Assembly: GCA_036704125.1 (NCBI GenBank)
Contig: DATNQI010000019.1
Coordinates: 971 to 64,970, forward strand
Direction of reading: 5' to 3'
DNA length: 64,000 nt
Source of the DNA: Pantanalinema sp.
GTDB taxonomy: Bacteria; Cyanobacteriota; Sericytochromatia; S15B-MN24; UBA4093
The translations under genes were made by a program, and so were the position numbers. The notes beneath the pieces are model-generated. The model did no database searches. It saw nothing but the letters and a program-made list of their open reading frames with translations, and was not told where the DNA came from. Below, in pieces: positions 1 to 9,233 of the stretch (position 1 is the stretch's first letter; every line of letters begins with the position of its first letter).

Positions 1-1385
1 GCTCTCGCGTGCTCGAGCTGGGGAGCGCGCTCTTCGTCAACGCCTGGATCGCCCGGCACTGGGGCAGCGAGGCCTTCGGGCAGATTGGCCTCTACATGAG
101 CCTCTCCGGGGTGTTCATCTTCATGTTCGACTTCGGGCTCGGCAACCTGCTGATCCGGACCATCGCCCAGAACCGAGCCCAGGCGCGTCACTTCGTGCTC
201 AACGGTCTGGTCGCCCTGCTGCCCTTCTCGCTGCTCGGCAGCGCCGCGGTGATCGGGATCGGGGTGGCCATCACCTCCTCTCGAAATCTGGGCCTGCTCG
301 TGCTGGTCGCCCTTCACCTCGTCCTGATCGCCGCCTTCCTGCTCCTCCGGGCGGCCTTCCATGCCTACGAGCGCATGGAGCTCGAGAGCCTCTCGGTCCT
401 GTTCGAGCGGGCATGCTGGATCGCGGCGGGAGTGTGGCTCGCCCTCCGGCCGCCGTCTCTGGTCGCCTTCTTCACGTGCTTCACCCTCTGCAAGCTCCTC
501 AACGTGCTGGTCGCGGGGGGGCTTTTCATCCGCCACATCCGGCCGCATGCCGAGCGGGCCGTCCTCAGGCTCGCGACGCAGTGGGGCCTGATCAAGCAGA
601 CCATCCCCTTCGGCCTGAGCTGGGCCTTCGACTGCATCAACTCCAGCTTCAACCTTCTCTTGCTCTCGCACCTGGTGGGCGGCGCGGAGGTGGGATGCTA
701 CCGGGCCGCCGGCACCCTGATCGCGCCGCTCTCCTTCGTCGCCGCCTCGCTCAACAGCTCCTTGCTTCCCAAGATGAGCGAGGCGGCGAGCGCGCAGGAG
801 AAGACGCTCTTCTGTTCCTACAGCGAAGCCGCCAACCGCCTGATCCTGGCGGCGGGCATCCCGCTCGCCCTTTTCATCATCCTCTTCGCCCCGGCCATCA
901 TCCACACCGTTTACGGGGCGGGCTTCGAGCAGGCCGTCTTGCTGCTGCAGCTCCTCAGTCTCGCCATCCCGCTGCGCTTCCTGAGCCAGTCCGTCGCCAC
1001 GACCCTCCTGGCTGGTGACCAGCAGGCCCGGAGCATGCGCTGCTTCGGGGCGGCCGCGGCCTTCAACCTGGCGGGCAATTTCGTGGTCCTGCCGCACTGG
1101 GGCTCGGTGGGGGCCTGCCTCGTGACCATCGCGACCGACCTCCTGGTGCTGATCCTCATGAGCCACCAGCAGGGCTTCTCGCTGGGCGGAAAGGTCATCG
1201 AGCTCTCGCCTGCCCTGAAGTGCCTGGCGATCGCTTGCCTCGTCCTGATCCCGCTCGCCTGGGCGGGGGTCCCCCTCCTTGCCGCGGCGCTCATCTTCGC
1301 GCTCCTCTACCCGCTCCTGCTGATCCGAGTCAAGGCGCTGTCTGCGTTCGAGACCAGGCTGCTCTGGAGACCCGCGAGTCTCTAG
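1..1385 (+). CDS. Wzx-like polysaccharide/oligosaccharide flippase (MOP superfamily); 5' end probably truncated by window edge
   Basis: ORF 9..1385 with the frame open to position 1. It is a multi-TM hydrophobic protein (~12 helices) resembling polysaccharide-biosynthesis flippases, and is the first gene of a polysaccharide export cluster. Confidence 0.6.
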   Translation, partial: SRVLELGSALFVNAWIARHWGSEAFGQIGLYMSLSGVFIFMFDFGLGNLLIRTIAQNRAQARHFVLNGLVALLPFSLLGSAAVIGIGVAITSSRNLGLLVLVALHLVLIAAFLLLRAAFHAYERMELESLSVLFERACWIAAGVWLALRPPSLVAFFTCFTLCKLLNVLVAGGLFIRHIRPHAERAVLRLATQWGLIKQTIPFGLSWAFDCINSSFNLLLLSHLVGGAEVGCYRAAGTLIAPLSFVAASLNSSLLPKMSEAASAQEKTLFCSYSEAANRLILAAGIPLALFIILFAPAIIHTVYGAGFEQAVLLLQLLSLAIPLRFLSQSVATTLLAGDQQARSMRCFGAAAAFNLAGNFVVLPHWGSVGACLVTIATDLLVLILMSHQQGFSLGGKVIELSPALKCLAIACLVLIPLAWAGVPLLAAALIFALLYPLLLIRVKALSAFETRLLWRPASL

Positions 1386-1415
1386 ATCGAGCACCGCGCG
1401 CGTCCCTCTGGACCG

Positions 1416-1462
1416 AGAGCCGGTGAGGCCCCTCCCTTACCGGGAGGGGCCTCACCGGCTCT
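1416..1462 (+). terminator. strong hairpin after flippase gene (perfect ~20-bp stem, 5-nt loop), no U-tract
   Basis: The inverted repeat agagccggtgaggcccctccc / gggaggggcctcaccggctct lies 30 bp after the stop at 1385. Confidence 0.45.
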
Positions 1463-1605
1463 CGGCCTGGTCCCTGGGGGTGTCGCCGAGAAACCTTGGC
1501 GCTTTTGCCCTTCGAAGACCTCCGGCCGAGTGGAAGGATGGAGGGGTTCGCTTGGCCGGTCGTATCACTAGACGTCGTCCACCAACCTTCCGAAAGGAAC
1601 CTTCC

Positions 1606-3702
1606 ATGACGTACGACACGCAGCAGCACCAAGACCTGATCTCGTTTCTCTCGCGCCGCTGGCGCGTGCTGGGGCTCACCTTCGCGGTCGTGGTCGCGGC
1701 CGGGAGCGCAGCCCTTCCCTTCATCCCGAAGACGTACCAAGCCACGACCAAGCTGCTCATCGTGAGGAATGACCAGCGCATGGGCGGCTTCAACATCGCC
1801 AACGAGTCGCTGCCCCAGCTCACCATGGACAGCAAGCCGCTCCAGACGCAGGCCGAGCTGATCCGCGTCAGCCCGGTCCTGAGGGAGGTGATTGCCCGGC
1901 TGGACCTGAGGGCGGCGGACGGCAGGCCCCTCACGCCCGATCAGCTGGCCGACCAGATCGCGATCAACCCCATCAAGGGGACCGACCTCATCGAGGTCTC
2001 GTACACCGCGCGCGACCCGCAGCGCGCCCAGCAGGTCGTCACGACCCTCTGCAGCGTCTACCTCCAGCACACCGAGCGCTCTCGCCGCGAGGGGATCAGC
2101 GAGGGAATGAGGTACGTCGACGAGCAGCTCGAGGCCGCTCGGGTCAAGTATGCCGACACCGAGAGCCGCCTCCAGGCCTTCAAGCTCAAGGCCGGCAGCA
2201 TCGCCCTGCCCCAGGAGATCCAGGCCTCCGTCCAGGCGCTGTACGATCTGGACCAGACCATCCGCATGCGCCGGCTCGACCTGGAGAGCGCCCGGGCGCG
2301 CGTCGCCACCCTGCGCTCCCAGCTCGGCATGACCTCCAGGGACGCCCTCGAGCTGGCCGCGATCACCCAGAATCCTCGCCTGCGTGAGCTCCAGGCGCAG
2401 CTGCTCGCCGCCGAGGCCTCGCCGCTTCGCTCGCAGGGGCTCGCCCCCGATCACCCCGAGATGCTCGCGCTCGCCGATCGGGTCGCCGTTCTCAAGCGAT
2501 CCATCGAGGAGGAGATCCAGGGCACCCTCGGCCACAAGGCAACCGTGCGATCGCTCGGCGACGTCCAGCTGGGGCTGCTCCAGCAGCTCGTCATGGCCGA
2601 GACCGAGGTCCGCACCCTCGAGAGCAACCTGCATGCCGCCGAGCGGAGCCGCGCGAAGCTGAACGCCGGCTTGGCCGTTTTTCCCGGGCGAGAGCAGCAG
2701 CTGGCGCGCCTGAGCCGCGACGCTGAGGTCGCCAACCAGCTCTACCGGCAGCTGCTCCAGAAGCGGGAGGAGGCGCACCTGAGCAGGGCGGTGCCCTCGG
2801 CCTACGCCCAGGTCGTCCAGCCCGCCGAGCTTCCGGGCGAGCCGAGCTTCCCCAGGAAGGGGGTCTCGATTCCCGCCCTCTTCCTGCTGGGGCTCTCGAC
2901 GGCCTTCGGCGCCGGGCTGCTGAGAGAGCAGCTCGATCGCTCGCTGCGCTCGCAGGAGCTCGCCGCCTGCCTCCCCGAGGTGGGGATCATCGCCAGCATC
3001 CCCACCCTCTCGCGGCACGAGCTGAGGCGCGGCGAGCTGGTCGTGAAGCACGCGTCGAGCCCCCAGTACGTGGAGGCCCTCAAGGCCCTGGCGATCGCGC
3101 TCGAGGATCGCTACCCGGCCGGCGGCGAGGGGGCGGTGCTCGCCCTCACCAGCAGCCTGCCGGGTGAGGGCAAGAGCGTCACGGTGGCCAATCTCGCCTT
3201 CTGCCTCGCCGAGGCGGGGTACCGGGTCCTCCTGGTGGACGGCGATCTCAACCGGCCGCGGCTCCACGCGGTCTTCGGGGAGGAGAACTCCAACGGGGGC
3301 CTGGCCGAGCTGCTCAGCGAGCGCATTCACCCCCAGGATGCCGTCCGCCAGGTCGGCAAGGTCGGCCTGGTGAAGGCCGGGAAGGCCAAGCTCAACATGG
3401 CGCGCCTCAAGCGCAACCTCAAGCCCGCCCTCGACGAGTGGCGCCAGGCGTACGACTTCGTCCTCTTCGATCTGCCCCCGCTCGGCATGTTCGCGAACGT
3501 GGCCTACTTCGCCAAGCAGTGCGACGGAGTCATGCTGCTGGCCAACCTTCAGCGGACCTCGCGCGAGGCCTTCGGGATGGGCCTCCAGCAGTTGCGGAGC
3601 ACCCGCATCCCGCTCGTGGGGCTGGTCGCGGTTGCGCAGCGGGCCCCCCTGGTGCGGATGTCGGGCTACTACCTCAGCGCCGGGGAAGGGGAGCGCCCAT
3701 GA
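1606..3702 (+). CDS. polysaccharide co-polymerase (Wzz/GumC-like) fused to a BY-kinase (tyrosine autokinase), Wzc/EpsB-like
   Basis: ATG at 1606 is preceded by GAAAGGAAC. The N-terminal TM plus chain-length-determinant region (coiled coil) is followed by Walker A (LPGEGKSV), Walker A' (VLLVDGDLNRP) and Walker B (FVLFDLPP). The stop overlaps the next start (ATGA). Confidence 0.8.
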   Translation: MTYDTQQHQDLISFLSRRWRVLGLTFAVVVAAGSAALPFIPKTYQATTKLLIVRNDQRMGGFNIANESLPQLTMDSKPLQTQAELIRVSPVLREVIARLDLRAADGRPLTPDQLADQIAINPIKGTDLIEVSYTARDPQRAQQVVTTLCSVYLQHTERSRREGISEGMRYVDEQLEAARVKYADTESRLQAFKLKAGSIALPQEIQASVQALYDLDQTIRMRRLDLESARARVATLRSQLGMTSRDALELAAITQNPRLRELQAQLLAAEASPLRSQGLAPDHPEMLALADRVAVLKRSIEEEIQGTLGHKATVRSLGDVQLGLLQQLVMAETEVRTLESNLHAAERSRAKLNAGLAVFPGREQQLARLSRDAEVANQLYRQLLQKREEAHLSRAVPSAYAQVVQPAELPGEPSFPRKGVSIPALFLLGLSTAFGAGLLREQLDRSLRSQELAACLPEVGIIASIPTLSRHELRRGELVVKHASSPQYVEALKALAIALEDRYPAGGEGAVLALTSSLPGEGKSVTVANLAFCLAEAGYRVLLVDGDLNRPRLHAVFGEENSNGGLAELLSERIHPQDAVRQVGKVGLVKAGKAKLNMARLKRNLKPALDEWRQAYDFVLFDLPPLGMFANVAYFAKQCDGVMLLANLQRTSREAFGMGLQQLRSTRIPLVGLVAVAQRAPLVRMSGYYLSAGEGERP

Positions 3703-4898
3703 CGCGGCTCTCGATCGCAGGGGCAGGGGCGTCGCTGCGCCTCGTGCCCTGGTGCCTCTTCCTCTTCCTGCTGCCGTTCGAGCGCCTGATCATGGGCTTT
3801 CGCCTCTGGCTGCCCTACAACCTGCTCGGAGTGGGGGCGGCCCTCCTGCTGGCGCTCGCTCCCCATCATGCCGGCGCCCAGGCGAGACTGCAGAGCCTCG
3901 CGGTGGCGTTCCTGACGATGGTGCTCTCTTTGAGCTACTTCTTCTCGCTCGATCCGGATGCGTCCATGCGGATGCTCGTCCTGGTGGCCTTCCACTGGCT
4001 GACCTACGCCCTCGCCTCGCTGGCCTCGCTCTCACCCGGCGAGTTCGAGAACTCCCTGAAGGCGCTCATGTGGGGCGGGGCGTGCGCGGCCCTCGCGGCG
4101 ATCACCGCCGCCACGATGGGCCAGATCGGGGATTTCGACGGGCTCGAGCGGCCGACGCTCGTCGTCGCCGGGGTGCAGACGGACCCGAACTTCTTCGCCG
4201 CGGGCCTGTTGATCCCCTACGCGATCGCCCTCTTCCACGCGAGAAAGCGCCCCTGGTGGGGCCTCGCCCTGGCCGTCCTGATCGGGGCGGGCGTCCTCCT
4301 TCCCCAGTCGCGAGGAGGAGCGATCGGCCTGGTGGTCGTGACGTTCGCGAGCCTCCTGATGGCGCGGCGCTGGAAGGCGGCCCTCTTCCTGGGCGGGGCC
4401 CTGCCGGCCCTGTACCTGACCTGCTCCGCTGCGCTAGGCCGCTTCGATCTGCTCAGCGACACGAGCGGGGCGGGGAGAACCCAGGTGTGGCAGGCCCTCC
4501 TGGCCAAGGGCCTCGACCACTGGGCCACCGGCATCGGGCTGGGGGCCTCTCCGCGGGTCACCTGGTCGGCAGCCGGCCTCTTCGAGGCCCTCGAGCCCCA
4601 CAGCCTGTACCTCGAGGCCTTCGTCGAGGCGGGGATCCTGGGGGGGGTGGCCCTGCTCGTGGTGCTCACGACTCACCTCTGGGGCCGGCAGGGCCATCCC
4701 CTGGTCGGCCCCGTTCGCGCCGGCTTGCTCGGTTTGTTCGCCTCGGCGTTCTTCCTCCACTTCCTGCCCTTCAAGCTCATGTGGGTCGCCTGGATTCTAG
4801 GCTCCCACCTGACGTCGATGCGAGCGCGCGAGGCGACCCCGTCCGAGGCGCTCGTCAAGGATCTCGATCCCCCCGTTCCTTCGTACCCGCAACGTTGA
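3699..4898 (+). CDS. O-antigen ligase / Wzy-type polymerase family membrane protein
   Basis: ATG at 3699 overlaps the upstream stop. It is multi-TM with an O-antigen-ligase-like loop (…LLPQSRGGAIGLVVV…). Confidence 0.7.
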   Translation: MTRLSIAGAGASLRLVPWCLFLFLLPFERLIMGFRLWLPYNLLGVGAALLLALAPHHAGAQARLQSLAVAFLTMVLSLSYFFSLDPDASMRMLVLVAFHWLTYALASLASLSPGEFENSLKALMWGGACAALAAITAATMGQIGDFDGLERPTLVVAGVQTDPNFFAAGLLIPYAIALFHARKRPWWGLALAVLIGAGVLLPQSRGGAIGLVVVTFASLLMARRWKAALFLGGALPALYLTCSAALGRFDLLSDTSGAGRTQVWQALLAKGLDHWATGIGLGASPRVTWSAAGLFEALEPHSLYLEAFVEAGILGGVALLVVLTTHLWGRQGHPLVGPVRAGLLGLFASAFFLHFLPFKLMWVAWILGSHLTSMRAREATPSEALVKDLDPPVPSYPQR

Positions 4899-4916
4899 CC
4901 AGAGGAGGCAGCAGCC

Positions 4917-5564
4917 ATGTCGCACCACACCTCGCACCCGACCCGCTGGGGTATCGTCCTGGCCTTTTTCGCCGTCCTGTCGGGACAGCTCCCGGCCGCC
5001 GCGCTCGGGGCCGACTACCGGCTGCGCGACGGCGACGCCGTGAGCGTCTCGGTGCTCGGTCACCCGGACCTCTCGGTCCAGGCGCAGCCCATCCGGCCCG
5101 GCGGCCAGATCTCGATGCCGCTCATCCAGGCGCTCTCGGCCCAGGGGAAGACGGTCTCCGAGCTGACCGACGAGCTGACCGGCGCTTATCGCCCCTTCCT
5201 GAACAAGCCCCAGATCAGCGTGACCGTCGCCAAGTTCCGCCCCATGCGCGTGACCATCCTGGGCCAGGTGGGCAGGCCGGGCACCTTCGACTTCGAGGAG
5301 GCGCCGACGCTGGTCGACGTGCTTGCCACCGCGGGGGGGCTGAGCGAGCGTGCCGCAAGAAACTCCATCAAGGTCGTGGGCCCCGCGGGCTCGGGCAAGA
5401 CCTACGACCTCGATCGGCTGCTGTCTCGCCAGGAGAGCAACCCTCTGATCCAGGAGGGTTCGATCGTCGAGGTCGGGGAGGTCTGGGGGCCCGACCTCTA
5501 CCGGGTGACCATCCCGTTGCTGGCGGCCTTCGTCTCTTCGGCGGTATGGCTCCTGCGCCCCTGA
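4917..5564 (+). CDS. polysaccharide export protein (Wza/GumB-like, Poly_export + SLBB)
   Basis: Signal peptide followed by a Poly_export-like core (GDAVSVSVLGHPDLS…GKTVSEL…), adjacent to wzc/wzy-like genes. Confidence 0.75.
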   Translation: MSHHTSHPTRWGIVLAFFAVLSGQLPAAALGADYRLRDGDAVSVSVLGHPDLSVQAQPIRPGGQISMPLIQALSAQGKTVSELTDELTGAYRPFLNKPQISVTVAKFRPMRVTILGQVGRPGTFDFEEAPTLVDVLATAGGLSERAARNSIKVVGPAGSGKTYDLDRLLSRQESNPLIQEGSIVEVGEVWGPDLYRVTIPLLAAFVSSAVWLLRP

Positions 5565-5634
5565 GCCCGGGGTTGCCCCGGTCGTCCCACAGGCCTTGAA
5601 GCTCCAACTTGCTCGCTGTGTAGGGAGGAATCGT

Positions 5635-7065
5635 ATGTCGTCAGGATCCATGGACTACGCCCCGGAAGATTCGAAGCTCCTCTTCTCCCCGGCCCTCGCT
5701 CCCGACAGGGCCCTCGGCTCGGCCCTCCACGCCTGGCTGCTCGCTTTGCGCGAGGCCGATCGGCGCCTCATCCTGTTCCTCAACGATGGGGCCTGGACGA
5801 CGGCCGCCGCGCTCGGCATGCTCGCCTGCTCGGCTTTGCCCCTCGCCCAGGGCGGCGGGCTGTTGCTCGCGTGGCTCGTCGTCTCGATGGGCTGCTTCTA
5901 CTCCTCGGATCTCTACTCGCTCGGCTCGCGGGGGGCCCGCCCCCTGCTCAGGGGGATGGCGCTCGGGGCCTTGGCGGCGGCGCTCGTCGCCTGGCGCCTG
6001 GGGGCGCCCGCCGAGCTGTTCTTCGCCCTCGTGGCGGCGGCATGTCTTGGGGGCGGTGCCCTGCTGATCAGCCGCAGCCTCCTCACCGACCTGTTCGCCA
6101 GCGCCGCTTCGAGTCGCCGGATGCTCTTGCTGTGCGAGGAGGCAGAGGCCCTGGAGGTCGTCGACGAGATCCGGCGCCACCCCCAGTGCGGCCTGCTCGC
6201 GCTGGGCCTGGTGACCGACGCGGCAGCCGCTCCGAGCCTGGACACCCTTTCGGTGCTGGGGGCACCGAGCCACCTGCCCGCGCTGGTCGCTCACCTGCAC
6301 TCCGACAGCATCCTCGCAGGCTCCGGCGCCCTGCGCGGAGCCGAGTGGCGAAGCCAGCTCGCCCCCCAGGAGGAAACCATCGACCTGCCCAGCCTCTTCG
6401 AGCGCCTGAGCCGCCGGATCCCCGTGCGCTACCTCGACGAGCGCTACTTCATCGAGCGCTTCACCTGGACGCGAGGCTTCGGCTACCGGATCGCCAAGCG
6501 CCTCATGGACCTCGCCTTCACCCTTGTTGGCCTGGTCCTCGCCCTCCCGCTCTTCCCCTTCGTCGCGGCCGCCATCTACCTGGTCGATCGGGGCCCGCTC
6601 TTCTACTCTCAGGAGCGCGTGGGCCTCAACGGGCGCAGGTTCAAGGTCTACAAGCTCCGCACCATGCGCGTCGACGCCGAGAAGGGCGGGGCGGTGTGGG
6701 CCAAGGCCGACGACGACAGGGTCACCCCGGTCGGGCGCTTCTTGCGCCGGAGCCGCCTCGACGAGGTCCCTCAGCTCTGGAACATCCTGCTGGGGGAGAT
6801 GAGCCTGGTCGGGCCGCGCCCCGAGCGGCCCGAGTTCGTCGCGGAGCTTGAGCGCGCGATCCCCCATTACCAGTGCCGCCACCTCGTGCTGCCCGGCCTC
6901 ACGGGCTGGGCCCAGGTCCGCTTTCCTTACGGGGCCTCGGTCCAGGACTCCGAGGAGAAGCTCAACTACGACCTCTACTACCTCAAGCACCGATCCTGGT
7001 GGTTCGACCTGCTCATCCTCCTGCGGACCGTCGGGGTGGTGCTCAACAAGACCGGCGCGCGCTGA
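5635..7065 (+). CDS. undecaprenyl-phosphate sugar phosphotransferase (WbaP/EpsL-like priming glycosyltransferase)
   Basis: The C-terminal bacterial sugar transferase domain is present (…KVYKLRTMRVDAE…DEVPQLWNILLGEMSLVGPRP…), with N-terminal TM segments. The RBS GGGAGG precedes ATG 5635. Confidence 0.85.
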   Translation: MSSGSMDYAPEDSKLLFSPALAPDRALGSALHAWLLALREADRRLILFLNDGAWTTAAALGMLACSALPLAQGGGLLLAWLVVSMGCFYSSDLYSLGSRGARPLLRGMALGALAAALVAWRLGAPAELFFALVAAACLGGGALLISRSLLTDLFASAASSRRMLLLCEEAEALEVVDEIRRHPQCGLLALGLVTDAAAAPSLDTLSVLGAPSHLPALVAHLHSDSILAGSGALRGAEWRSQLAPQEETIDLPSLFERLSRRIPVRYLDERYFIERFTWTRGFGYRIAKRLMDLAFTLVGLVLALPLFPFVAAAIYLVDRGPLFYSQERVGLNGRRFKVYKLRTMRVDAEKGGAVWAKADDDRVTPVGRFLRRSRLDEVPQLWNILLGEMSLVGPRPERPEFVAELERAIPHYQCRHLVLPGLTGWAQVRFPYGASVQDSEEKLNYDLYYLKHRSWWFDLLILLRTVGVVLNKTGAR

Positions 7066-7164
7066 TTCGCCGCTGCGCGCGGATGTTAAGATGGTTCTTC
7101 CGGAGGCCATCCGGCGGCCGCCGTTCGTAGGGCGGCCGGGATGGCCTCGTGATTAGGAGGAACC

Positions 7165-9177
7165 ATGGCCGTAGAATCCGCCCCCATCGCGATCGAGCTC
7201 CCCGACGGGTCCAAGCGTGAGGTCCCTGGGGGCTCGACGATCGCAGACCTCGCCGCCTCGATCAGCCGCAGCCTTGCCAAGAAGGCCGTCGCCGCCCGCC
7301 TCGACGGCGAGCTGGTCGACCTGTCGCGTCCCCTGACCCGCGAGGCCAAGGTCGAGATCCTGACCCAGGACGCCCCCGAGGCCCTCGAGGTCCTGCGCCA
7401 CTCGACCGCGCACCTGATGGCCAACGCCGTCCAGCGCCTCTTCCCCGGCGCCAAGGTCACCATCGGCCCGGTCACCAGCGACGGCTTCTACTACGACTTC
7501 GACTACGAGCGCGCCTTCACCCCCGAGGACTTCGAGAAGATCGAGGCCGAGATGCGCAAGCTCTCGGGCGCCGACCTGAAGGTCAGCCGCGAGGAGGTCG
7601 CCGCGGGTGGCGGTGCGGCCAAGGCCGGCGAGTTCGAGGCCCAGGGCGAGCCCTACAAGGCCGAGATCCTGCGCGACATCCTCGAGAAGGACCCCCAGGC
7701 CGTGATCTCGCTCTACCACCAGGGCGACTGGTCGGACCTCTGCACCGGCCCGCACCTGAGCTCGACCGGCATCATCAAGCACTTCAAGCTGCTGAGCACC
7801 GCGGGCGCCTACTGGCGCGGCTCCGAGAAGAACAAGATGCTCAACCGCATCTACGGCACCTCCTACTTCTCGGACGCCGACCTCAAGGCCCACCTGACCC
7901 GCCTCGAGGAGGCCGCCAAGCGCGACCACCGCAAGCTCGGCAAGGAGCTCGAGCTGTTCATGTTCTCGGAGGCGGCGCCGGCCATGCCGTTCTTCCTGCC
8001 CAAGGGCGCCTACATCTACAACAAGCTCGTGGCCTTCATCCGGGATCTCTACGATCGCTACGACTACCAGGAGGTGATCACCCCGCTCGCCTACAGCCCG
8101 GAGATGTTCCGCACCAGCGGTCACCTCGGCAACTACAACGAGAACATGTACCGGCTGTGGACCGAGGACGAGTGCGCCCACGCCGAGCCGGGGCACCTGC
8201 ACGAGGAGCTGCAGGCGGACTCCTTCGTGCTCAAGCCGATGAACTGCCCGAGCCACTGCCTGATCTTCGGTACCCGGCGGCGCTCGTACCGCGAGCTGCC
8301 CTGGCGCGTGGCGGATTTTGCCCGCCTGCATCGCTACGAGCGCGGCGGGGTGGTCCACGGCCTGGCGCGCGTGCGGTCGTTCTCGCAGGACGACGCGCAC
8401 ATCTTCTGCACGCCCGAGCAGGTCCCCGGCGAGATCGAGAGGTTCATCAAGTTCCTCTACGAGGTCTACGAGGTGCTGGGCTTCAGCGAGGTCCAGATCA
8501 AGCTGGCGACCCGCCCCGAGAAGCGCATCGGCTCCGACGAGCTCTGGGATCGAGCCGAGGCGGCGCTGGCCAAGGGCCTCGAGAGCGGCGGCCTGCCCTA
8601 CGAGATCCTTGAGGGCGAAGGGGCCTTCTACGGCCCGAAGATCGAGTTCCACCTGAAGGACGCGATCGGCCGGACCTGGCAGCTGGGCACCATCCAGTAC
8701 GACTCGAACCTGCCGGATCGCTTCGACCTGATCTACATCGGCGAGGACGGCAAGGAGCACCGGCCCGTGATGCTGCACCGCGCGATCCTGGGCTCGCTGG
8801 AGCGCTTCTTCGCGGTCTACCTGGAGCACTGCGCGGGGGCGTTCCCGCTGTGGCTCGCCCCGACCCAGGCCGTCGTCATCCCCATCTCCTCGGAGAATGA
8901 CGACTACTGCACCGAGGTCCTCGCCAAGATGAAGGCGGCGGGCCTGCGCGTCGAGCTGGACAACCGCAACGAGAGCCTCAACTACCGCATCCGCGAGGCC
9001 CAGGTCCAGAAGATCCCCTACATGCTGGTCGTCGGCAAGAAGGAGGTCGAGCAGGGCACCCTGGCGCTGCGCAAGCGCACCGGCGCCCAGGAGGTCCTGA
9101 GCGTCCAGGAGGTCATCGACCGGCTGGTCGCCGAGGTCCAGACCAAGGCCCTTCCCCAGGCCGTCGAGGCCAAGTAG
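7165..9177 (+). CDS. thrS: threonyl-tRNA synthetase
   Basis: TGS domain N-terminus, class II core motifs (…HRDHRKLGKELELF…, …FHLKDAIGRTWQLGTIQYD…) and an anticodon-binding C-terminus. AGGAGG lies 6 nt before the ATG. Confidence 0.95.
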   Translation: MAVESAPIAIELPDGSKREVPGGSTIADLAASISRSLAKKAVAARLDGELVDLSRPLTREAKVEILTQDAPEALEVLRHSTAHLMANAVQRLFPGAKVTIGPVTSDGFYYDFDYERAFTPEDFEKIEAEMRKLSGADLKVSREEVAAGGGAAKAGEFEAQGEPYKAEILRDILEKDPQAVISLYHQGDWSDLCTGPHLSSTGIIKHFKLLSTAGAYWRGSEKNKMLNRIYGTSYFSDADLKAHLTRLEEAAKRDHRKLGKELELFMFSEAAPAMPFFLPKGAYIYNKLVAFIRDLYDRYDYQEVITPLAYSPEMFRTSGHLGNYNENMYRLWTEDECAHAEPGHLHEELQADSFVLKPMNCPSHCLIFGTRRRSYRELPWRVADFARLHRYERGGVVHGLARVRSFSQDDAHIFCTPEQVPGEIERFIKFLYEVYEVLGFSEVQIKLATRPEKRIGSDELWDRAEAALAKGLESGGLPYEILEGEGAFYGPKIEFHLKDAIGRTWQLGTIQYDSNLPDRFDLIYIGEDGKEHRPVMLHRAILGSLERFFAVYLEHCAGAFPLWLAPTQAVVIPISSENDDYCTEVLAKMKAAGLRVELDNRNESLNYRIREAQVQKIPYMLVVGKKEVEQGTLALRKRTGAQEVLSVQEVIDRLVAEVQTKALPQAVEAK

Positions 9178-9184
9178 AGCGCCC

Positions 9185-9231
9185 GTGCAACAAGCCCCCG
9201 CCCCGGATTCCGGGGCGGGGGCTTGTTGCAC
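9185..9231. terminator. bidirectional intrinsic-terminator-like hairpin between convergent thrS and lipoprotein gene
   Basis: Perfect inverted repeat gtgcaacaagcccccgccccgg-attc-cggggcgggggcttgttgcac. Confidence 0.6.
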
Positions 9232-9233
9232 GC

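Noticed and set aside
7066-7164. T-box riboswitch controlling thrS
   Set aside because: The leader is only ~100 nt, far shorter than a T-box. No specifier loop or T-box sequence (AATTAGGGTGGNACCGCG) was found.
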